NCBI GenBank assembly: GCA_002189035.1 | Contig: NEEC01000004.1 | Location: forward strand, 186,001-250,000 | Direction: 5' to 3' | DNA: 64,000 bases | DNA from: Utricularia gibba | Lineage: Eukaryota > Plantae > Magnoliophyta | In this document: one piece after another, positions 10,529-25,035 of the stretch | How the letters are laid out: each line of letters starts with the position of its first letter | How positions within the stretch are numbered: position 1 is the first letter of the stretch | Made by a program: the position numbers and the translations under genes | The notes under the pieces: model-generated | Told to the model about the DNA's origin: nothing | Seen by the model: the letters and a program-made list of their open reading frames with translations, nothing else | Database searches by the model: none

Positions 10529-13500
10529 ATGGGGGAGAGGAGGGGAAGTGGTAATCGCTGGAGCTGGGATGTTCCAGGCTTCGAACCCAGAAAATTGTCG
10601 GAGGACCGCGATGATTATGGTAAGGCATACGTGCTACCGCCGGCGTCGCGGCGCTATTCAATGCCCGTATCTTCACTTTCCGAGCTTCCCAAGCATTCTC
10701 TGAAATCCAAGCTCACTGGGCTCAAGGACAAACTCAAGGTTTCCTTTTTTTACGGTTTGCTTATAAATCTGACATGACTGCGATGTTTGTAGACTTACTG
10801 GGGGGAGGGAGGGGGGATCGATTCTACCTTGACTGTTCATGCAAGATGCGGAACTCTAGTGTCTGATTAGCTTACGCAAATATTTTGAGTTGTTTTTTAC
10901 AGGTTTCAAAAATGTTCTAGAAATTGGTAATTCCGATGTATGGTTTTGCAGTCTACGGGTTTATTGCCCAATGTGATGAGTGCTGTATTTTTTTTTTTTT
11001 TTTTTTGACAGCTTATACGAGAAGATAACCTGCTATTGAAACAAGAAGCTTTGGAACTTCAAGAATATTCTAGCGCAAAACTTGATCGAGTGACTCGCTA
11101 TTTAGGTGTCCTTGCTGAGAAGTCTCGTGAGTTGGGTAAATTCCTTGGCTTTTGGATGAAAACACGGCTTTTAAAATCATCCATAAATTTCTAGTTTCAA
11201 GGAGTACTTAGTTAGTGTCTCTACTTCTTCCAGAACTCTGTGTTGGTCCTCATGCCATTTTTCAGAACTAGCATAAAATTTGCCGCTTTTTTGAGTTTTC
11301 AGATAAGGAATATTGACCAATATGTATTTTTGTATGAAACGAAATTGCAGATGAGGCTGTAATTGAATCGGAAGTTAGATTATCTCCTCTGATATTTGAG
11401 AAGGAAAAGCTATTCAATGATTTGTTGACTGCTGAAGGTGTGTTTTTTTTATCAAGCTTTTCTCCAGTCCCACGGAATACACATTCCACATAAAAAACTG
11501 CCTGTTTATCATCGCATGTATATGGACCTGAAACATTGCAGGAAATGTGAAGGTGTTCTGTCGCGTAAGGCCTCTTTTTGAAGATGAAGGGCCATCCATT
11601 GTTGAATTTCCTGATAATTTTACACTTCAAATAAATACTGGAGATAGTAGTCTTTCAAATCCAAAAAAGAATTTTGAGTTTGACAAGGTTTATGGGCCTC
11701 ATGTTGGACAAGGTAGAGCCTGTGAAGTATGCATATTATGGCATACTGTACTAATTTATGGACATTTTCTGTGCAGCTGACCTGTTTGCTGATATTCAGC
11801 CTTTTGTGCAATCCGCGTTTGATGGACTCAACGTGTCAATATTTGCATATGGGCAAACCGGCTCGGGGAAAACACATACTATGGTGTGTTTCTATGTCGG
11901 GAAGCCTTTCAATAATTTTGTTATTGATTCTCTTCCCTCCTTCTTTGGGACATTTAACGTGTGTTGTAAATATGCATATTTCATTCTTGCATGTATTGAT
12001 GACATACAATCTGTACCGCTACTTTTCCTTTCCCATCTTTCAATCGACAAGTTGCCCACCAAGAGTGAAGCTAGGTGCAAAATTGTCAGAAATTGTATTA
12101 TTTAGTGAGATGATTAGCTGCATTTATAATAAATTTTCATTTTCCTGCAGGAAGGATCTAGCACTGATCGTGGCATGTATTATCGTTCTATTGAGGAGCT
12201 TTTTGATCTGTATAACTCAAATGCAACTTCGACTTCTCAATATCAGTTTTATGTTTCTGTTCTTCAGCTGTCCAATGAACAGGTATCTTTTTCTAATTAT
12301 CCTCTTGGATCCTTATGCTTATTTATTCCACCCTATTAGCTTATATTTTCTGAGATTATTATCCAATGTGGAATCCCGTTTATACTTTTGCAGATAACAG
12401 ATTTGCTCATGGAATCTGGGAATAATCTGACCAAGATAAATGTTGGGTCTTTTGACCTAAGCATAGATATTTTCCAGGAAAAGGTTGAGAATCCTGTAGA
12501 GTTTACCAAAGTTCTCAAAAGAGTATTTCAGAGTCAAAAATTTGATGTGTTAAAGCTCAAGACCTCGCATCTGTATGATTTATGGCCACATCCCTATCTT
12601 TAGCCATGTAGTCTGTTTTTGTTCTCTGTTAACTCACAATCATTAAATTTCTGTATGATGTGTAGGATTGTAATGTTCCACATATACTATAAGAACTTGA
12701 TGACTGGTGATAACACTTATAGCAAGCTTTGTCTAGTTGATTTATCTGGAAGTGAAGCCATAAATGAAAACGAGGAAGGTGACAATAATGCAATGGAATT
12801 GCTGCATGCCTTGAAATCTCTGTCAGCGTAAGTTGAAGTTATTGAATTCTAGCACTCCAGCTACGATGTTATTTTTGTTCTTTTACGTGAACAAGATCGT
12901 CATAGCAATCATTTACACTACTTTGATTATCTTCCTTCAGCTATCCTGTGTGTAAATCATGCAGGCTGGGTGATGTCTTGGCATGCATAATTTCTAAGAA
13001 GGATGATATTCCATACAAACGCTCGCTGCTGACAAAACTTCTTGCAGATTCTATTGGTATCTATGTTTTATAGCTTTTATTCCTTTTTTAATGCTTCTTT
13101 TCAGTGTCAATGATTCCTGAATCTTTAGTGACTATACCATGTTATGTGCAAGTGTACATGGCTATAGCTACACTATTTTCCGCTTGAATGTAGTGTATAC
13201 ATAGTATGAAAACTATTTTTCAAGGTTAGGCTGTCATATAAATTACTCTTTGATTCTCATGTTTATATGCCTAACTCTGCTAGGTGGAAGCTCCAAAACT
13301 TTGATGCTTGTCAACATCTGTCCAAGCGTGAAAAGTTCACAAGAGAGCTTATCTTCACTTAATTTCTCTACCAGAGCACGGAACACTGTTTTTAGCATTG
13401 GGACTCGGGGTACAATTAAGAAATGGAAAGATATTGTAAGTATGCTGGGCTTCTTTAGCAGGAGTGAGAATAGACTGCAGTAACCATGATCTTTCTTCAT

Positions 13501-16500
13501 ACACTGTCTCCGTGAAGTTTTCAATTAAGTTTATCACATGACAAATAAACGTTTAACTATATATGATCCCATTACTGGATGAGCGTTTTTCAAGAATTTT
13601 CTAAATTGCTGTTTCTACGTTCATTTTAGGCCAATGATGCAAGGAAAGAATTGCTCGAAAAAGAGAAGGAAGTCAGTGACTTGAAGTTGGAAAATTTGGC
13701 AATAAAGCAAGAGTTAAAAAATGCAAATGATCAATGTGTTTTGCTCTTCAATGAAGCTCAGAAAGCCTGGAAAGTTTCATCTACTCTGCAGTCGGAATTG
13801 AAGGTTTGTGTGCTTGTTAACTTTCCATTTTCCAGTCTTTTTGCGTTTGTTTGCTAATATGGAGAAAACAGTAAGGATAATTTTTTCGGGTGTTGAATTC
13901 ATTATTTCATTAATGAGATGTCCATTTAGGATAATGTTTATGGGTGATTAAGTTTATACGATTCTAAATTTTATATGCATTGGCATTATTTCCTCGAATT
14001 GTGTCCATACCTGAGTTGTTGAGTCTTGTTCTCATGTGTTTCAAGTCAGAGCAAATGTCACTTGTTGATAAGCACAAGATAGAGAAGGAGCAAAATGTGC
14101 AACTACAAAGCCAAATTGCTCAATTACTGCAGATCGAGCAGGAACAGAAATTGCAAATTGAACAGAAAGATTCAACCATTTCGATGCTACAGGTATTCCT
14201 GATAATGCTTTTTTTGCTGGGGTGTCTGTTATCTTGTGCAGCCACGAGCTTGATGAATGCAAATTATTATGCACATCTTTTCTAATCTATATATTTTTCC
14301 CATAATTATTTTTACCTCATCTTAGGCCAAGCTGAAGAATGTGGAATCCCAATTAAGTGAATCTCGTCAATCTAATGAGACTAGGTCAACTGTCGGCGCT
14401 GTAACACAGACTACAAAAGATTCTACTGCCATGGCCATGCAGGATAGCATTGCTACTGCTGCAGTAACAAAGAAACTTGAAGATGAACTCAAGAAAAGGG
14501 ATGCACTTATTGAGGTACTTTGATGCGAGTGACATTTCTGGGTCATCGGATAGAGTACACTGTGCCTTCGAAACATTTCTGCGTTTTGTGTTTTTTACCA
14601 GGAGTTAATATTTGTTTTCTTTAACGTTGTATCATGGTTAAAGGCCATGACATTGAGCTTTTCGTGCAGAGGTTACATGAAGAGAACGAGAAACTTTTTG
14701 ACAGATTGACTGAAAAAGCTTCTTCTGCTGGGTCCCCGCAGGTCATCATTTCTTCTATTACAACTTTAGTCATAAGCCATATTATTACATTCTTTTAATT
14801 GTTTGTTGCCTTTAGGTGTCCAGTCCTTCACCAGCAGGACTACCCACCCAGTATCGTGACCCTGGCAAGTGAGTTTCCTTTCCAGAGCAACTATTCTAAT
14901 TATGTTTAGATTTTCATCCTTTTTTGCATGCGTACAATTGCTGCTTCTTAATATGTCATCACATGAATGATAGCACGAATGCCAAAGGACAAGCCGGTAA
15001 TGTTCCCGCCTCGCCAGCTGCATCTGAAAAGGCTGGTGCTTTGGTTAAATCTGGAAATGATAAAATAAGAACCCCAGCTGGTGAGTATCTCACATCTGCT
15101 CTTAGTGAGTTTGATCCTGATCAATACGACAGTCATGCTGCTATCTCGGATGGGGCCAACAAGCTTTTGATGCTGGTATTAGTTAATTATTGTGGTTAGC
15201 TTGACATCGTGATTAAGCACATGGTGTTTAGGGGGATGTTAGGACATTTTTTTAATTTCTCCTGGAAACTCATATTGCAGGTTTTGGCTGCTGTCATTAA
15301 GGCCGGTGCTTCTAGAGAGCATGAAATACTAGCTGAAATAAGAGATGCTGTTTTTGCCTTCATCCATAAAACGGAGCCAAAAAAAGTAATGGACACCATG
15401 CTTGTTTCTCGGGTCAGGATTCTCTACATACGTTCTTTGCTTGCTCGGTCACCGGAGTTGCAATCAATCAAGGTCAAACAATCTAATATTATCTAATAAA
15501 TATGCACAGTTATTGAAGTGGTTATCCTATTGTTAAAGGTACATCCTGTTGAGCGCTTTCTAGAGAAGCCTCATAGTGGGCGCAGTAGAGAGACAAGTCG
15601 GGGTAATAGCCCGGGAAGATCTCCTAGAAATTCATTGATTGAGGAGAATATTCAAGGTTTCATAGTAAATATAAAACAGGAAAGGAAGTCAAAGCTGTCA
15701 TCAGTCGTTATGAAAATGCGTGGAATTGATCAGGTGATTTGATGATATCTATACTTCCAATGGAACTTGAGAATCTCTTGGTGTATTTATTATTATAATC
15801 TTGAGCATTATAATTCCTTCGCTACACCATAATTTTGCAGGCACTCCATGCTGTAAATGCATATTTATATCATTTTTTATTGTGATGAAAAGTTGTTTAG
15901 AAGTCTACTTAAAAAATATTCAGGATACATGGAGGCATCACGTAACAGGGGGGAAACTGAGAGAAATAACTGAAGATGCAAAAATTTATGCAGTTGGAAA
16001 CAAGCATCTTGCAGCTCTCTTTGTTCATACTCCTGCTGGTGAGCTACAGCGTCAGATCAGAAACTGGCTGGCTGAGAACTATGATTTTCTTTCTGTTGCT
16101 GATGACTCTGTTGCGGGAGCAACTGGTCAATTAGAGCTTCTGTCCACTGCAATTATGGACGGCTGGATGGCTGGACTCGGAGCTGCCTATCCTCCTAGTA
16201 CTGATGCTCTTGGTCAGCTTTTGTCACAATATGCTCGACGAGTGTATACTTCACAATTGCAGCACTTGAAGGTTTGTTGTTATGGTGAAGTTGCCGGAGT
16301 TGAGAAAAGACTGTAAAACAACGTGGCTTCAGTAGATTTTCCTTAATGTATTCCATTTTACTGCCTTCCAGGATATTGCAGGTACTTTGGCAACCGAATC
16401 TGCTGAAGACCCTGCCCAAGTGTCTAAGCTACGATCGGCTCTTGAATCGGTAGACCACAAGAGAAGGAAGGTAGACGTCCTTCATGTAGAAGATTATGAT

Positions 16501-17429
16501 GACACTGGTTTCACAATGAGCTTTAATACATTCATGGTGCTCCTTGACTGGCACCTGTTCCGGTTGTTTTGACAGATTTTGCAGCAAATGAAAAGCGATG
16601 CAGTCATACTCAATTTGGAAGATGGTTCAGCTCCAATTCGAAATCCTTCTACAGCAGCTGAGGATGCAAGACTGGCATCATTGATCGCCCTGGATGGCAT
16701 ATTGAAGCAAGTCAAGGTGTGCTTTTTTGTAATTCTTTCCATATATTCTTATACGCAGGGAACCATAAATCTAGTTTCACTATTTCTTCATCAGGACTTG
16801 ATGAGACAGGCCTCTGTTAGTTCTCTCAGTAAGAATAGGAAAAGATCCATGCTTGCTTCTATTGATGAACTTTCAGAGCAAATGCCCTCTTTGCTTGACG
16901 TGGATCATCCATGTGCAACGAGACATATTGCTGAAGCTCGAACTCTTATTGAGGTATGCTTTGGAATGGTTTCTGTTTCATTATTAACTTTTCAAACCTC
17001 AAATCTTTTTACATGCAGACGGCACCCGAGGAGCCAGATTCAGCAAATGGGTTGAAGACTACCGGGGATGTGATACAGAGTGGTGAAACCGATGTTGCAC
17101 AGTGGAACGTTTTGCAGTTCAACACTGGATCAAGCTCCCCGTTCATCATCAAATGCGGGGCAAACTCAAGTTTTGAACTGGTCATCAAAGCTGATGCACG
17201 AGTACAAGAGCCAAAAGGGGGTGAGATCATTCGGGTCATTCCAAAACCATCACTTCTTGAGAGCCTGAACCTTGATGAGATCAAAGGTGTCTTCTCCGAA
17301 CTCCCTGAGGCTCTGAGTTTGCTTTCACTCGCCCGTACTGCAGACGGTACCCGTGCTCGATACTCTCGGCTGTATCGAACACTTGCAATGAGGGTGCCCG
17401 CCCTGAAAGACCTCTTGGGTGACCCTTGA
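10529..17429 (+). CDS. KCA: Kinesin-14 KCA/KAC-like protein (multi-exon)
   Basis: N-terminus [22 protein letters not shown]. Motor-domain motifs [30 protein letters not shown] and [11 protein letters not shown]-terminus [22 protein letters not shown]. Canonical splice sites between the ORF fragments. Confidence 0.93.
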
Positions 17430-17843
17430 GATTGATATTGTCTATTCCTTCCTGCTGAATCTTCGATCCCAACAGTGATCTTGGAAGAGGATCGTTTGTA
17501 TTTAATTCTTCTGTAATCATGATGCAGATACATCGACTTTCTGCTTTTTGTGATGTGATATATATACATGTTTGGTTTGTCTGTCCAGGTTTTTCAATAA
17601 GAGTGTTTGTACTACAAGAAGTACCAGAAAATCTGGTAATCTTCAGAAGTGCGTGGATTTGAAGGAAATATAAAGCATCATTGAATACATACACACGATG
17701 CAGATGATGATATCACATGATCTCTGTAAGGTCATCAACTACCAGAAACATGGAACGGTCCCAGCTCATGCAGCTTGACACTAGGAGTATTACATAAACA
17801 ACCCATAGAGTTCAACGCTCGTAACATGGAGACATCCCATGAA

Positions 17844-18236
17844 CTAGTTTGAAGGTGGAGTTTGGGAGAAGGGAAGTACAGGTATAGTAGCTGGAAGCGT
17901 TGGAATAACTGGGATCTTCGGCAGTGAAGGGATGACGTTCGCTGGAAAAATAGAAGTCGATGGTAGTGGAGGCAGAGCGGCTGCTGATGGAATAGCAGGA
18001 AGTTTGGGAAGAAATTGGCCAAATGGTAATGGTGGTAAAGCAAATGCTGGGATGGTTGGAAGTGATGGATTCTGTAGAGTCGGTAGTGTGATTGGAGGCA
18101 CCTTTGCTGCTCCTGGAAACCCCGGCAGGGTTTGCAGCAGGCTGCGAGCCGCCTGACTCGGTTGGATGCTTGAGAATGAGATGATCATCACAAACAGAGC
18201 GAAGACAAAGTGGAAGTTGGTGGTCGCAGCTGCCAT
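17844..18236 (-). CDS. Secreted proline-rich protein (PELPK / hydroxyproline-rich glycoprotein-like)
   Basis: Signal peptide ending QAAR-SLL, followed by repeated LP/IP motifs (LPKLPAIP, LPPLP, LPKIP). Single exon. Confidence 0.85.
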   Translation of the reverse strand: MAAATTNFHFVFALFVMIISFSSIQPSQAARSLLQTLPGFPGAAKVPPITLPTLQNPSLPTIPAFALPPLPFGQFLPKLPAIPSAAALPPLPSTSIFPANVIPSLPKIPVIPTLPATIPVLPFSQTPPSN

Positions 18237-18454
18237 CCCTTGACACATCCAGTAGGGGGCTTCTTGCTGTCTATGATCAAGCAAAGGTATTTATTTATAG
18301 ATTGAAGTGATAGAAAGCTTCTTCTTGTTAGCTGAAATACAGGTTGGGTAAGTAGGAAGAAGGTTGAGTGGGTGAACTTCCACAGAACCTCTGGAAAGAT
18401 AATAAGAAGCTTCTATGATCCATAGAGAAAGGGAACAGGAAGTAGTCATAATGC

Positions 18455-19271
18455 CTAAGATGGAAAGTGACGAATGCGCTTTCTGACAGGCAAAGCTTGG
18501 CCGGACTTCTCCATGACTGGTTTCAGAGCGTTTCCCAGCCTCGCGACGCCTGCATCGTCATCGGCTTGCAGTTGAACCCACAAGACGCTCATTGTCCTTC
18601 CACCTAATGTTGACATTTCTGCTCTCATCACCCTCGCTTCCGTTGACTTTAATACTTGCACCAAGTCCAGCATAATTTCTGGCCTGTCTTCACAGCACAA
18701 TGTTGCTTTAACAAGCCCGGAGGTTTCACAGTGGCAGACTACAAGCTCGTCTGTTTCTCCAGGGAAGTAGAAGTTCAATGTTGCTTCTTTTGATAGTTGA
18801 GCTGCTGCCTTTTGAAGCTCTCTCACTCTCCGTACTGCTTCTCCCAAAAGTGAAGCTTTGTCTGTCTGAGAATTGCAATTTCATACCATGTTACTGTTCC
18901 ATTTGAAGAATGACCCGATCAAAGTACACTTTTCAGAAAAATCATGTCTTGGGATGCACTACCTTGATTACATTGGGAAGAATGGATTTGAGGGTGGCGA
19001 TGTGGCTGTTAATTCGCTTTCTCCGGTGCCTTTCGGCTTCCTTATGGCTATTGCTGCTCGCCGAAGTTTCGACCATCACTCCTGGGTAGAAGCTTCTATG
19101 TTCGATTTTGCAACCATGTGAAGACATCTTCTCCTCTTCAACTGCAGACAATGAAAGAACTCATCCAGAGAGCACAATCCAAGCACTCTATCTGTAGGCA
19201 GGTGCAGGAGAGAAGAGATTTTGCTTACCTTCAAGCTTAGGAGCAGAGGGGGTGGGGATGATGAATGACAT
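18455..19271 (-). CDS. bHLH transcription factor with C-terminal ACT-like domain (bHLH106/131-like)
   Basis: HKEAERHRRKRINSH basic helix, TDKASLLGEA helix 2, and ACT-like CCEDRPEIM...AEMSTLGGR. Exons 19141-18963 and 18865-18455 are firm. A first exon 19271-19229 (MSFIIPTPSAPKLE) is in phase but less certain. Confidence 0.85.
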
Positions 19272-20870
19272 TGTAAGAGCAGATTGTCAAGACATGTTGG
19301 CGAGATGAAGTTGCAGAAGGGGAACATGAAATTCTGTCTTATTTCAATGGTGAAAGACCACTTCTCAGAAAATGACCAGTGTTTTTCACATCCTTTCTCT
19401 CCTTCTTTCGAAGGAGAATAAGACAACACAATCATCAAACATCAGGATCAAATACCAAGATGCAAAGTGAACTGCTGAGTACAGATCATACGAAACATCT
19501 TTATTGCTTCAAATCCATGTTTTTTCCAATAAATCCAAATGAAGAAAAGTTGAAGCCCGACAAAGAATGGACCCAGTACTGTTTGCTGCAAGGGATGGAT
19601 GGCTGCTTTTTGAGTGGAGGTAAAGAATTTCAAAACCGCCATGATTTTGCGGCGCAGATGGAGATACTCGCTGCAGTTTTCTGTAAAATAATAGAAAGAC
19701 ATTAATAGAGGATGAGACAAAAGAAAAAGAAACAAACAGATCATTGAAAAACGAAGGAATTTTCCTCATCTTTTCACAGTCGCCACTCGTTTTAGCTCCT
19801 TTTCACCCATCACCATTACTTAGACCAATGAATGAATGTCTTGTCTTTGGAGTTGGAGTTTAAAATTGTGTAATTGCATTAATTGTCCAAATACACTGAA
19901 AAACTATCTCCAGCTTCTGTTTGTTCGTTCATTTGAAGTAGATGCATGATCGCCGCTCTGCGCTGATGATGCAGAAGAATTTGCAAAGGGAACCCATAAA
20001 TCATATCCAGTTTCTTCTCCATTGTCTTTACGAACTTCCAAAGGCATGAAACCTGGACATCAACAACAGCTTGAGGTGGCGGAAGAACTCCAGTCGCCGC
20101 CAAGCACATCACTCTTTGCACTTTTCATTCGAACACCTCACGCCGCATACCTCAAAACCATTTCGTACACGAAAATAGTAGCAAGAAGGGTAGGATGTCC
20201 TTTCAATTATCGGTTTCTTTAACCCCTGACAAACTCCTCATCGAACATAGCATTCTTGATGGGATTCGAAAAAACTGGCAACGCCTCCGCGACCAAGAAA
20301 GATACCTCCGACGGATGTGGGCTTCGAATCTAGACTTAATAAGGGAAGAATCAGACTCGAAATACGGAGATTCAAGGTCGTGTAATAGTCGTTTCTGGGT
20401 AGAGGAGATGCTGGGGCGTAGAGCACAGAACCTATTGCCTGAATCTGAGCCGAGATGACTATCTGGGTTACTTCAGAATCTCCGGTCGGTGACCCTACTC
20501 ATGGCACTCGGCGAAGTTCCTTTGGCAGAGAGAGTACTCACCGCGTTAAGAAACCAGTTTGGTTGTTGGGTTCTCACTATTCATTGAACCTCCCGGAGGA
20601 ATACCTGATACATAAATCCCGGCGGTTGGAGGGAAAAATGCATATGTATATGCATATACACATGAAAGACTTTTTTTTCCTTTCTTACCGAATGAGGCAG
20701 TTGGCATACACAGGAGGATCGGAATGTCTGTCTGACCTCCATTTGAGTAATAACGAATTGAATGATTGGAAGAAAATTGTTGCTGTTTGGCCCATACATG
20801 GACAAGTGTAAGCCATGAGAACTGGCCTTTGATGGATTCATTGTTCTTCCCTTTAACTGTGATGATGTGG

Positions 20871-23800
20871 TTAGTAGTAGTACTTGTCTTTGTGGCTCGT
20901 GGCGTCTTTACACAGCATCGAACGAACCTCGAGGATGCAGCGTGGTAGCTCAAGATCCTTCTCCTGCAATGCATTGCCCACCAAACGCTGCATCTGGGAA
21001 GCGAAGATGTCATTGAGCACCTGGAAAGACATACAAAAATGGGCTTCAGAGCTTGCTTCTTTTTCATGTTGCCTCAATGGCTTGTTTGCCCGACTTACGG
21101 TGACTGCCACTCGTGCGGCTTTGTACCATGACTGGTTCTCCTTTCTGTCCTCGAGGAACTTCATCATATCCTGCCATCAAGAGTTCGTTTGTTATTGATA
21201 ATGAGCGGCAGGGTTAGAAATAGAAGCTAAATCATTTCTAAAAATGCTTCCTTTCAGCAGATACCTGACCCATTCTGCCCCAAAAACTACGGCATACGAA
21301 TATAAACACTTGGGTGTTAAGAGTGGCATGCAGTTGATCAATGGTTTTGGTGAGCATATCCTTCAGAGGTTGCATCCGATGGCGTATATCGGATTCCAGC
21401 CCGTTCTCCTTGGAGTCTTGAATGATCTTCTTTAGCTTTGTGGCGTTGTGCAGCTTCGTCTGCATGTAATAAATAACAATGGTGAGGGATGAAAAAGGGA
21501 TTGAAGCAAAAGAATTCCCTTGTTGAATCCTGACTCACATTCTCCACTATTTTCTCCACAACTGATTGCACATAAGATCTGAACTTGGATCTGATCATCA
21601 CAGTTACTTCACCGAGGCATTCTCCAGGGCCCATGTTCCCAGATTCCGGCATGCACGAACACCATGACTTCAACTGGGATTCTATCGGAGGTTGAAGCGT
21701 ATCAAGCATCCTCGTCATTGAATTCAAAAGAACTCCCAACTGGGAAAAAGAAGCCATCAATTTGATGCAGTGAATGTGTTTTTTTACGGAAAAATGAATT
21801 GTACCTCGACAGAGACAGTGTACATGGGAGCGTTCCCCTTGGTTAACTTCTGCATATACTTCAGGCCGAGTTTCATGGGCTTGGGATTCTCCTTCAATGG
21901 CGACAAAACATCCACAAATTGTCTCTCCAACCTCTCCATCATAGCCTTCTCTACATCGGCGATCGCCTTTCAACCACAAGTAGAGCTGATTAATCTTAGC
22001 TGAAGAACACCACACAGAGCGGAGGAGGCTGCATACCTTCTCCAATGGAAATGTATATTCTGGCCAACGGCTGATTATCACATCATAATCCATGAGTGTC
22101 TCCCTTAACCGGCCATAGATTTCATTGATGAAAGAAGTAGCAGAGAATTGTGCTGCCATGCTAGCACCTTTTACCTGGTAATGTCAATCGCCATAAAGGT
22201 TCTCCGCACATATGGAAAACTGTGAACTTCTGATCAATGTTATTACCTTGTCGACCTTGCAAAGTTCGAGTAACGCTAGCCGTCTTTCTTGAATCCAACG
22301 TGCTATATACACATGGAACAACTCTTTTGCATCAACCCCTCCTTTTATGCTGAAAGGATTTACAGAATGAGATGCGCTCTATAATCAGGCAAGGACAAGC
22401 CAATTCCAAGCACTAAGAAAGTATTCAAAGCAAGTATCTTTCAAACCTGATACCCCACAAAGAAAGATCTCTCTGAAAGTCAGCAGTAGCCATGATCAGT
22501 TCAACTACTGGTGGCGTGGGTCCATGAGGTGGGCATGCGACAAGAAATGCCCGTAGTCTGCTAAACAATTCTGTACAATATATAGAGGAAGACAGATTTG
22601 GAAGATCGATGAAGCTGCACAAAAAATAGGAGATAACAGAAAGTGAGGAAATATTCAGCAGGTCCCTGGATTTGAAATCAGTATCATGAAACACCCCAGA
22701 TTACCTAGGAAGAATATTCTGGTTGTGGATTTCAATGTCGGTCGAAATTTCGTTTCTGATATTCAGACAAAGAGTCTTCATCTTCCTGTAAGCCATTGAA
22801 AGGGCTGCTGGATTCATCATTACGTTGTCAGTGTTGTTGGGTGCATACTCATCTGTTTCAGACAAGTGCCTTCTAGACCTCTTTTTTGTAGCATTCTACA
22901 CAAAAGCAGAAAGCACAAATATGATCATGGCCTCAGATAGCCAATGGCGTACAGAATTGGCACCATGTTCATTATAAGAATTTCTGACCTGAAAACATTT
23001 GCTTAACCTTGACTGCACGTCTGCCGAAAGTATGTCATGCAGAAGCTCGTAAAGTTTCAAAGCAGATGCAAGGGCAGGTGCTGCTTTCCCAGAAGCAGGT
23101 GCAAACTCTTCAACAATTCCCGAGGGTGATGATTCATCAAGGGACTTGTAATTCTCAAACACTAAAGTATGTATCTTGTCAATCTCATTGCAAATTTCTC
23201 CCAGAATACGAGCCTATTGTTTCAAAAGAGACCTATAAGTCAGTCATATCCAATCAAAAACTCAATTGTCATAGTCTTTACCAACCTCTTGATGACTCAG
23301 AGTGTTCTTATTTTTGCCCTTGATTATCACAGGCTGAAGCAAATCATTCACTAAATTTAGACAATCCGACGTTGGAGTAGCAACATCCATAACGTACGAA
23401 AGATATCTGTAAAGAAAAAGTTATATTGGATTCCAATATTCAAGACAGGGGCACAAGCAGAACAATGCTAAGAGCTCTTCAACAAGATAGAGATATGAAG
23501 TGTGTCTATGCAACAAGCATGTTGGACACAAACAAGAAATGGCCGTCTAGGTTAGCCAAGAGATGGCTATCGGTTCAAGAACATAAGTTTGATAAGCTCC
23601 AGTTGAAAAAGAACATGGTATAAATACCTCAGTTTCGTGTATGCATCAGAAACTCCATAGTAAGATGCAAACTCAGCCGTCAACCACTTCCAAGAACCAT
23701 GCAGTGACAAGTTTCTCTGCCGGAACTGTTGGATTTTCATTGCAGCCTCCAACACGCAGTCATAGGCAATGGTTTCAGCCACGGGTGTACACTGTTATAT

Positions 23801-25004
23801 AATTACAGCATTTCAAAGTACACTAAATGAAGGATCTTTTATAAATCAATAAGGTTGAAATATCAGGAAAATCTAGAATACAACTTGTGCATACCTTGTG
23901 GCTGTTTTCATCTGGAGTTGTTGAATAACTGATCGATAATTGGATTCTTCCAACTTGCTCATGCTCCGGTTCATGGTATAGGAAGCATGTACGTAGCTTC
24001 TCACCCTGCATTAGATTTACAGTTAAGGAAAAACTCCCTCCTATTAATGATAAAAAAAAATGGACTTGATCCTGATTTCCTACCGATTCATCAACAATAT
24101 CAGCCACCTGAACCACTGCATGACCACAGTACTTTCCTTTTGAATCATTAACCTCGATCAAAATGTCATCTCCAAGTCCATCCGGCAGGCTACATGAGAG
24201 CAGAAGTAATATTAACTCCGCACAGCTAACTACAAGATGAAGAAGGAAAAAAGATATACATACAGCATTCGGCTTTCTCCTGATCCTGGCTGCATTCTCA
24301 CAGGATCCTCTTCTTGAGAGCTTTTTAGCCGTAATAGACAGGAATATGATTCTGCAGCAAATTAAAATATAATACTTGGGGCATTCGATATTCATCAACA
24401 AAAATATGTAAAGCATGATACCTGGTACCACTTCGTAAGATGGTGAGCTGCCCCTCCAAGCATTGACCCCGACTTTGATGAGCTCTGGAACTTCTCTCAA
24501 ACAACGATGAGTTTCATCGAGGATACGGACCATGCTTTTTTGAAACATTGAGCCGTTTACAGGAATGACTGGAGGTTCACGTTCCCTTTTCAATGCTTTC
24601 TTCTCTGAAGAGACAACTGATTTCACATTTGACATCCGATGCTGAAATGATTCCAACTTCACAATTGATTGAGACTTGAAAGATGTAAATGTACACCCAG
24701 CAGGTGGTTCCATTCCCATTTTCACCTTTCGAACTGCAGAATAACCATTTTATTGAAGAATTTAGGCTCAATAGACCAATAGACTAGTTTGGAATGAGTC
24801 CATGAATATACAGAAACATGTTACCTTGAACTTTAATTTTTCCAATGGTTTTCTTCGTCTTTACAGAAGCTCCTTCACTGACAAGCTTGCTGTCATTGTT
24901 CTGCATGAGCTCTTCCTCCGGTTGTAGCAATATATATTTAAGCCTAGAAAACGAAGGTAAAGGAATTTTAACAGGTGAATTATGCAGCAAAGTACCTGTA
25001 GTAA

Positions 25005-25035
<31 letters not shown>

